DNA of 64,000 nucleotides from Erysipelotrichaceae bacterium (GTDB lineage Bacteria; Bacillota_I; Bacilli_A; RFN20; DUOF01): NCBI GenBank assembly GCA_015058985.1, contig SVBH01000004.1, positions 2,383 to 66,382 of the forward strand, read 5' to 3'. Shown piece by piece: positions 59,150 to 64,000 of this stretch (position 1 is its first letter; each line of letters starts with the position of its first letter). The notes under the pieces were generated by a model. It saw only the letters and a program-made list of their open reading frames with translations, ran no database searches and was not told where the DNA came from. The position numbers and the translations under genes were made by a program.

Positions 59150-59689
59150 TTATTTTGCAAAAGGCATGCCTAATTCACTTAATAAAGTGTAAGCTTCCTC
59201 GTCCTTTTGTGCTGTTGTAACAATAACAATATCCATTCCACGAACTCTAGATACGTTTTCGTAACTAATTTCTGGGAAAATGATTTGTTCTTTTACACCT
59301 AATGTATAGTTTCCTCTGCCATCAAATGCATCTTTAGAAACTCCTCTGAAGTCTCTAACTCTTGGTAATGAGATATTAAATAGTTTGTCTAAAAATTCAT
59401 ACATCTTTTGTCCACGTAATGTGACTTTACAACCAATTGGCATCCCAGCTCTTAACTTGAATGAAGCAATTGATTTTTTAGCTTTTGTAACAACTGGTTT
59501 TTGTCCAGCTAAAGCAGCTAATTCTTTTACTGAGTCATCGATTAATTTAGAGTTAGAAGTTGCATCTCCTACTCCAATATTAATAACAACTTTTTCAATC
59601 TTAGGAGCTTGCATAATTGATGAATATTTATATTTATTCATTAATGAAGAAACTACTTCATTTTTGTATTTTTCATGTAATCTATTCAT
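59150..59689 (-). CDS. rplE: 50S ribosomal protein L5
   Basis: 'LPRVRDFRG', 'FDGRGNY'. Confidence 0.99.
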   Translation of the reverse strand: MNRLHEKYKNEVVSSLMNKYKYSSIMQAPKIEKVVINIGVGDATSNSKLIDDSVKELAALAGQKPVVTKAKKSIASFKLRAGMPIGCKVTLRGQKMYEFLDKLFNISLPRVRDFRGVSKDAFDGRGNYTLGVKEQIIFPEISYENVSRVRGMDIVIVTTAQKDEEAYTLLSELGMPFAK

Positions 59690-59700
59690 ACTGCTCCTCC

Positions 59701-60009
59701 TTATGCTATCTTAGAGCCACTTGCTTTTGTAACTCTAACTTTCTTATCATTTACGATTTGGTACCCTACTCTTGTAGCTTTTTTAGTTTTAGGATCGACT
59801 AATGCAACTTTACATGCATAGATAGGATGTTCTTTAATTTCTTTTCCTCCATCAGGATTTACTTGAGAAGGTTTAACGTGTTTAGTTTTTAAGTTAACTC
59901 CTTCAACAACTACCATTTCATCCTTTAAAGAAACAGATAATACATTTCCTACTTTACCTTTGTCTTTACCACTTAATACAACAACTTTGTCGCCTTTTTT
60001 GATTTTCAT
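59701..60009 (-). CDS. rplX: 50S ribosomal protein L24
   Basis: '[17 protein letters not shown]'. Confidence 0.99.
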   Translation of the reverse strand: MKIKKGDKVVVLSGKDKGKVGNVLSVSLKDEMVVVEGVNLKTKHVKPSQVNPDGGKEIKEHPIYACKVALVDPKTKKATRVGYQIVNDKKVRVTKASGSKIA

Positions 60010-60021
60010 AAGTGCTCCTCC

Positions 60022-60396
60022 TTATAATACTTCAACAGCAAGTGAAGCAATCTTCAAACCTGTGTCGCCTAATTCTCTAATTTCTCTAGCTACTGGACCA
60101 AACACACGAGTACCAATTGGTGTTCCATCCTTTTTAATTAATACGATAGCATTGTCATCAAATCTGATGTTTGCTCCGTCTTTTCTAATAATTTCTTTTT
60201 TAGTTCTTACGATAATTCCTTTAACAACATCGCCTTTTTTAACAGTTCCATTAGGGATTGCATCCTTAACAGCACACATAACGATATCACCAATGCTAGA
60301 ACTTTTTCTAACAGATCCACCGATTAATCTAAAGACTCTTACGGATTTAGCACCAGAATTATCAGCAACTTTTAAATTAGTTTCATTTTGTACCAT
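60022..60396 (-). CDS. rplN: 50S ribosomal protein L14
   Basis: 'VADNSGA', '[11 protein letters not shown]'. Confidence 0.99.
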   Translation of the reverse strand: MVQNETNLKVADNSGAKSVRVFRLIGGSVRKSSSIGDIVMCAVKDAIPNGTVKKGDVVKGIIVRTKKEIIRKDGANIRFDDNAIVLIKKDGTPIGTRVFGPVAREIRELGDTGLKIASLAVEVL

Positions 60397-60419
60397 AATT
60401 TCCTACATCCTTCCTTAGA

Positions 60420-60683
60420 TTAAGCAATTTCTGCTTTCTTAACAATTTTAACTAAACGGAAATGTTTGTCAGCTGATAGAGGTCTAGTTTCCATAATTTC
60501 AACTGTATCACCGATTGAAGCAATTTCTTGTTCATCGTGTGCTTTATACTTTTTAGAGTATTTAACTCTCTTTCCGTATAGTGAATGGTTTTTATATGTA
60601 GATACTAAAACAACAATTGTTTTTTGCATCTTATCTGAAACTACAACACCTTGTAGTTTACGACGACTATTTCTCTCTTCCAT
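60420..60683 (-). CDS. rpsQ: 30S ribosomal protein S17
   Basis: '[14 protein letters not shown]', 'ETRPLS'. Confidence 0.99.
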   Translation of the reverse strand: MEERNSRRKLQGVVVSDKMQKTIVVLVSTYKNHSLYGKRVKYSKKYKAHDEQEIASIGDTVEIMETRPLSADKHFRLVKIVKKAEIA

Positions 60684-60686
60684 CGA

Positions 60687-60893
60687 CTATTTCTCCTCTC
60701 CGCTTACTGCTTTTCTTTCGTTTAGTACAGTAAGAATTCTAGCAATATCTCTTCTTAAAGTTCTCATTTTACTTGCATTTTCAGCTTTTCCACTTGCTTG
60801 TTGGAATCTTAATGAGAATAATTCTTGTTTTAATTCAACAACTTGTTTTTGCAATTCAGCTGTTTGTGTTTCTCTGATTTCTGTTACCTTCAT
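60687..60893 (-). CDS. rpmC: 50S ribosomal protein L29
   Basis: 'ELFSLRFQ', 'RRDIARILT'. Confidence 0.98.
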   Translation of the reverse strand: MKVTEIRETQTAELQKQVVELKQELFSLRFQQASGKAENASKMRTLRRDIARILTVLNERKAVSGEEK

Positions 60894-60895
60894 TC

Positions 60896-61318
60896 TTACT
60901 CACCACACTTTTCTTCTTTTACTACTACTTTGCATCTAACTGGTAGTTTATAAGCTGCTAAACGTAAAGCTTCTCTTGCTAGATTTTCAGGAATTCCTGC
61001 CATCTCAAACATGATACGTCCTGGTTTAACAACTGCAACCCATCCATCAGGTGCACCTTTTCCAGATCCCATACGAACTTCTAATGGTTTCTTAGTTTTT
61101 GCTAAATGAGGGAAAATACGAATCCATATTTTACCTGCTCTTTTTGTATATCTTGCTAATGTAATACGAGCTGCCTCGATTTGACGGTTAGTAACCCAAG
61201 CTCCTGTTGTAGCTTGTAGTCCGTAGTCACCAAATGCTAACTCAGTACCAGCTTTAGATTTTCCTTCATATTTAATGATATGAGGTCTTCTATATTTGAC
61301 TCTTTTTGGCATTAACAT
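60896..61318 (-). CDS. rplP: 50S ribosomal protein L16
   Basis: '[10 protein letters not shown]', 'RMGSGKG'. Confidence 0.99.
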   Translation of the reverse strand: MLMPKRVKYRRPHIIKYEGKSKAGTELAFGDYGLQATTGAWVTNRQIEAARITLARYTKRAGKIWIRIFPHLAKTKKPLEVRMGSGKGAPDGWVAVVKPGRIMFEMAGIPENLAREALRLAAYKLPVRCKVVVKEEKCGE

Positions 61319-61324
61319 AGTTGA

Positions 61325-61987
61325 CTACTCTCCTTCCTTTTTATTTTCTTTCTTAGCACCAGGTATTTTTCCTTCTCTACAAATCCAAACTTTAACACCT
61401 AATTTTCCATAAGTTGTATCAGCTTCAACTGCAGCATAGTCAATATCAGCTCTTAATGTTTGTAAAGGAACGATACCTTCTGAATATCCTTCACTTCTAG
61501 CAATTTCTGCTCCACCAAGTCTACCAGAAACTAATGTTTTGATTCCTTTAGCTCCTGCTTTCATAACTTTTTGAACAGCTTTCTTTTGAGTAGCTCTAAA
61601 TGATGCTCTGTTTTCTAATTGTTCTGCGATTGCTTTAGCTACTAAAGTTGCGTCGAAGTCAGGATTCTTAACTTCTAATACATTTAATTTTAAATCTTTT
61701 TTATGAGTAATTTTGTTGATTTTCTTCTTTAATTCTTCAACTCTTTTACCATCTTGACCAATAACAACACCTGGACGAGCAACATAAACATTTAATGTTA
61801 CATTTTTAGCAGTTCTTTCAATTTCAATTTTAGAAAGAACAGCATCTTTTAATTCTTTATTTAAGAACTCTCTAATCTTAACATCTTCAATTAGGAAATC
61901 AGCAAAGTTCTTTTTGCTATACCATCTTGATTCATAGTCACGATTAATTCCAGTTCTCATTCCGATTGGACTAACTTTTTGACCCAT
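61325..61987 (-). CDS. rpsC: 30S ribosomal protein S3
   Basis: 'MGQKVSP', '[11 protein letters not shown]'. Confidence 0.99.
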   Translation of the reverse strand: MGQKVSPIGMRTGINRDYESRWYSKKNFADFLIEDVKIREFLNKELKDAVLSKIEIERTAKNVTLNVYVARPGVVIGQDGKRVEELKKKINKITHKKDLKLNVLEVKNPDFDATLVAKAIAEQLENRASFRATQKKAVQKVMKAGAKGIKTLVSGRLGGAEIARSEGYSEGIVPLQTLRADIDYAAVEADTTYGKLGVKVWICREGKIPGAKKENKKEGE

Positions 61988-62000
61988 TTAATGTTTCCTC

Positions 62001-62336
62001 CTACTCTTTCTCAGTTACAACAACAGTAATGTGGCTGCTTCTTTTAGTTACGATTGAAGCACTTCCTTTTCCCATTGGCATTGTTCTTTTTAATTTTCTA
62101 CCTTCATCAACAAATAATTTGCTGATTACTAAGTTTTCTTCATTCATTTTGTTGTTATTTACGGCATTTGCTGCTGCTGATTCAATTACTTTTTTCATTG
62201 GGTAAGCAGCTCTTTTAACTGTGCTACTTAAGATAGCTACAGCTTCTTTTACGCTTTTTCCACGAACTAGGTCTGCAACAAGTCTAGCTTTTTGTGGAGA
62301 TACTTTTGCGTTTCTTAAAATTGCTTTTGCTTCCAT
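62001..62336 (-). CDS. rplV: 50S ribosomal protein L22
   Basis: 'SPQKARLVADLVRG', 'SHITVVV'. Confidence 0.99.
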   Translation of the reverse strand: MEAKAILRNAKVSPQKARLVADLVRGKSVKEAVAILSSTVKRAAYPMKKVIESAAANAVNNNKMNEENLVISKLFVDEGRKLKRTMPMGKGSASIVTKRSSHITVVVTEKE

Positions 62337-62353
62337 TTTAATTCCTCCACCTA

Positions 62354-62650
62354 TTATTTCTTAGCCTTGTGAGCAGCTTTATCTTCTGCTGTATGACCAG
62401 TATGTCCTTTATAAAGTCTTGTTGGAGCAAATTCTCCTAATTTATGTCCTACCATATCTTCTGTAACGTAAACAGGGATATGTTCTTTTCCATTGTAAAC
62501 TGCAAATGTATGTTCTATAAACTCTGGAAAAATGGTAGATCTTCTAGACCATGTTTTGATAACTTCTTTTTTACCAGCCTCATTAAGTGCTACTACTTTT
62601 TTCATTAAGTGAGCATCACAGAAAGGACCTTTTTTCAAACTTCTTCCCAT
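62354..62650 (-). CDS. rpsS: 30S ribosomal protein S19
   Basis: 'RSLKKGPF', '[11 protein letters not shown]'. Confidence 0.99.
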   Translation of the reverse strand: MGRSLKKGPFCDAHLMKKVVALNEAGKKEVIKTWSRRSTIFPEFIEHTFAVYNGKEHIPVYVTEDMVGHKLGEFAPTRLYKGHTGHTAEDKAAHKAKK

Positions 62651-62661
62651 TTCTATTCCTC

Positions 62662-63495
62662 CTATTTACCATTACGTCTTCTTACTATTAATTTAGTAGA
62701 AGCTTTTCTATTATTTCTTGTCTTAACTCCAAGAGCTCTTTTACCCCATGGAGTTCTAGGTGCATCACGTCCAACTGGACATTTACCTTCTCCTCCACCA
62801 TGAGGGTGGTCATTAGGGTTCATAGCAGATCCTCTAACAGTAGGTCTAATACCTAACCATCTACTACGTCCTGCTTTACCAATTTTAACTAATGAATGGT
62901 CTTCATTACCTACAACACCAATTGTTGCTTTACATGTAGCTAAGATTTTTCTAACTTCACTTGAAGCCATTCTAACTATTACATAATTACCTTCTCTACC
63001 AAGTACTTGAGCACTTGTTCCTGCAGAACGGATTAATTGTCCACCTGCACCAGGTTTTAATTCAATATCGTGAATCATTGTACCTTCAGGAATATTATCA
63101 AGTGGTAAACAGTTACCAGGTTTGATATCAGCATCTTTTCCAGATAAAACTGTTGTTCCAACTGTTAATCCTTTTGGACAAATGATATATCTTTTTTCTC
63201 CATCAGCATAATTTAATAAAGCAATATTTGCTGATCTATTTGGATCGTATTCAATTGAGCTAACTTTAGCAGGAATACCATCTTTATTTCTTTTAAAATC
63301 AATTAAACGATACTTTCTCTTGTGTCCGCCACCAATATGACGACATGTAATCTTTCCATGAACGTTACGTCCACCAGTTTTCTTTAATGATACAATAAGA
63401 GATTTTTCAGGAGTTGATTTTGTAATTTCTTCAAACGTCAAGCTAGTCATATTTCTACGAGAAGCTGATGTAGGTTTATATGTTCTAATAGCCAT
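62662..63495 (-). CDS. rplB: 50S ribosomal protein L2
   Basis: 'EYDPNRSA', '[13 protein letters not shown]'. Confidence 0.99.
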   Translation of the reverse strand: MAIRTYKPTSASRRNMTSLTFEEITKSTPEKSLIVSLKKTGGRNVHGKITCRHIGGGHKRKYRLIDFKRNKDGIPAKVSSIEYDPNRSANIALLNYADGEKRYIICPKGLTVGTTVLSGKDADIKPGNCLPLDNIPEGTMIHDIELKPGAGGQLIRSAGTSAQVLGREGNYVIVRMASSEVRKILATCKATIGVVGNEDHSLVKIGKAGRSRWLGIRPTVRGSAMNPNDHPHGGGEGKCPVGRDAPRTPWGKRALGVKTRNNRKASTKLIVRRRNGK

Positions 63496-63524
63496 TTTTA
63501 ACTTTTCCTCCTATATTTTTCTTC

Positions 63525-63833
63525 TTATTTAACTAGGTCTAATGTTTGGCCTTCAGCTAATGTGATTATAGCTTTCTTATAACCACTTACTTTTCCTTCA
63601 TAACGACCCATTCTTTTGGCTTTTGCTCTCACATATGATGTATTAACATTAGTTACTTTAACACCGAACAATTTTTCAAATGCTTCTTTAATTTGAACTT
63701 TATTAGTTCCTTTAGCAACTTTAACTGTTACTTTGTTATAGTCTTGAGTTAATTTCATTGATTTTTCAGTAACAATTGGCTCGATAATGACATCGAAATC
63801 ATGAATTGCTAATTTTACTTCTTTATTTGCCAT
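63525..63833 (-). CDS. rplW: 50S ribosomal protein L23
   Basis: 'PIVTEKS', 'YKKAIITL'. Confidence 0.98.
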   Translation of the reverse strand: MANKEVKLAIHDFDVIIEPIVTEKSMKLTQDYNKVTVKVAKGTNKVQIKEAFEKLFGVKVTNVNTSYVRAKAKRMGRYEGKVSGYKKAIITLAEGQTLDLVK

Positions 63834-64000
63834 TATGCTAATGCCTCCTCTATATTACTAATTGCTTTTGATGTGAATACAAATGAAGAATAATTTAATA
63901 ATTCATATGTATTGATTTCATCATAGAATAATACATTTACATTTCCTAAGTTTGCTGCAGATAATAAAGTTTCAATATTAACACTTTCATCATCCACAAC
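63833..64000 (-). CDS. rplD: 50S ribosomal protein L4, C-terminal part (truncated by the window edge)
   Basis: Reads ...LLSAANLGNVNV..EINTYELLNY..FTSKAISNIEEALA-stop, directly upstream of rplW. Confidence 0.9.
   Translation of the reverse strand, partial: VVDDESVNIETLLSAANLGNVNVLFYDEINTYELLNYSSFVFTSKAISNIEEALA

Overview
AT-rich chromosomal window, standard genetic code, from a low-GC Firmicute. It looks like an uncultured, genome-reduced Bacilli lineage (RF39/RFN20-like; this placement is inference). The right end holds the S10-spc-alpha ribosomal cluster (partial rplD to rplQ, with rpmD/L30 missing), ecfA1-ecfA2-ecfT-truA and rplM-rpsI, all on the minus strand. Other housekeeping loci are sufCDSUB, folT, ppa, rpsO, pnp, gltX, murF-ddl, nfeD-SPFH, idi, tspO, a ZIP transporter, a Na/Pi symporter and six tRNAs. 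Sporulation genes (yutH/cotS-like, yunB, CBS, two YjcZ-type peptides, DUF1540, ydcC-like, DUF378) mostly have matching sporulation-sigma promoter motifs. Orphan genes without signal peptides sit between the conserved genes: a tandem trio of coiled-coil/hydrophobic-hairpin paralogs with DnaA boxes nearby, two HExxH zincin-like proteins (one coupled to an unannotated 54-aa ORF), and a stand-alone five-repeat HA-domain protein. Several of these end in an acidic-then-basic tail that may be an export signal. A G9 tract in the spacer of a near-consensus sigmaA promoter suggests phase variation. No CRISPR array, IS element, integrase or rRNA was seen. All calls come from reading the sequence by eye; no database searches were run.
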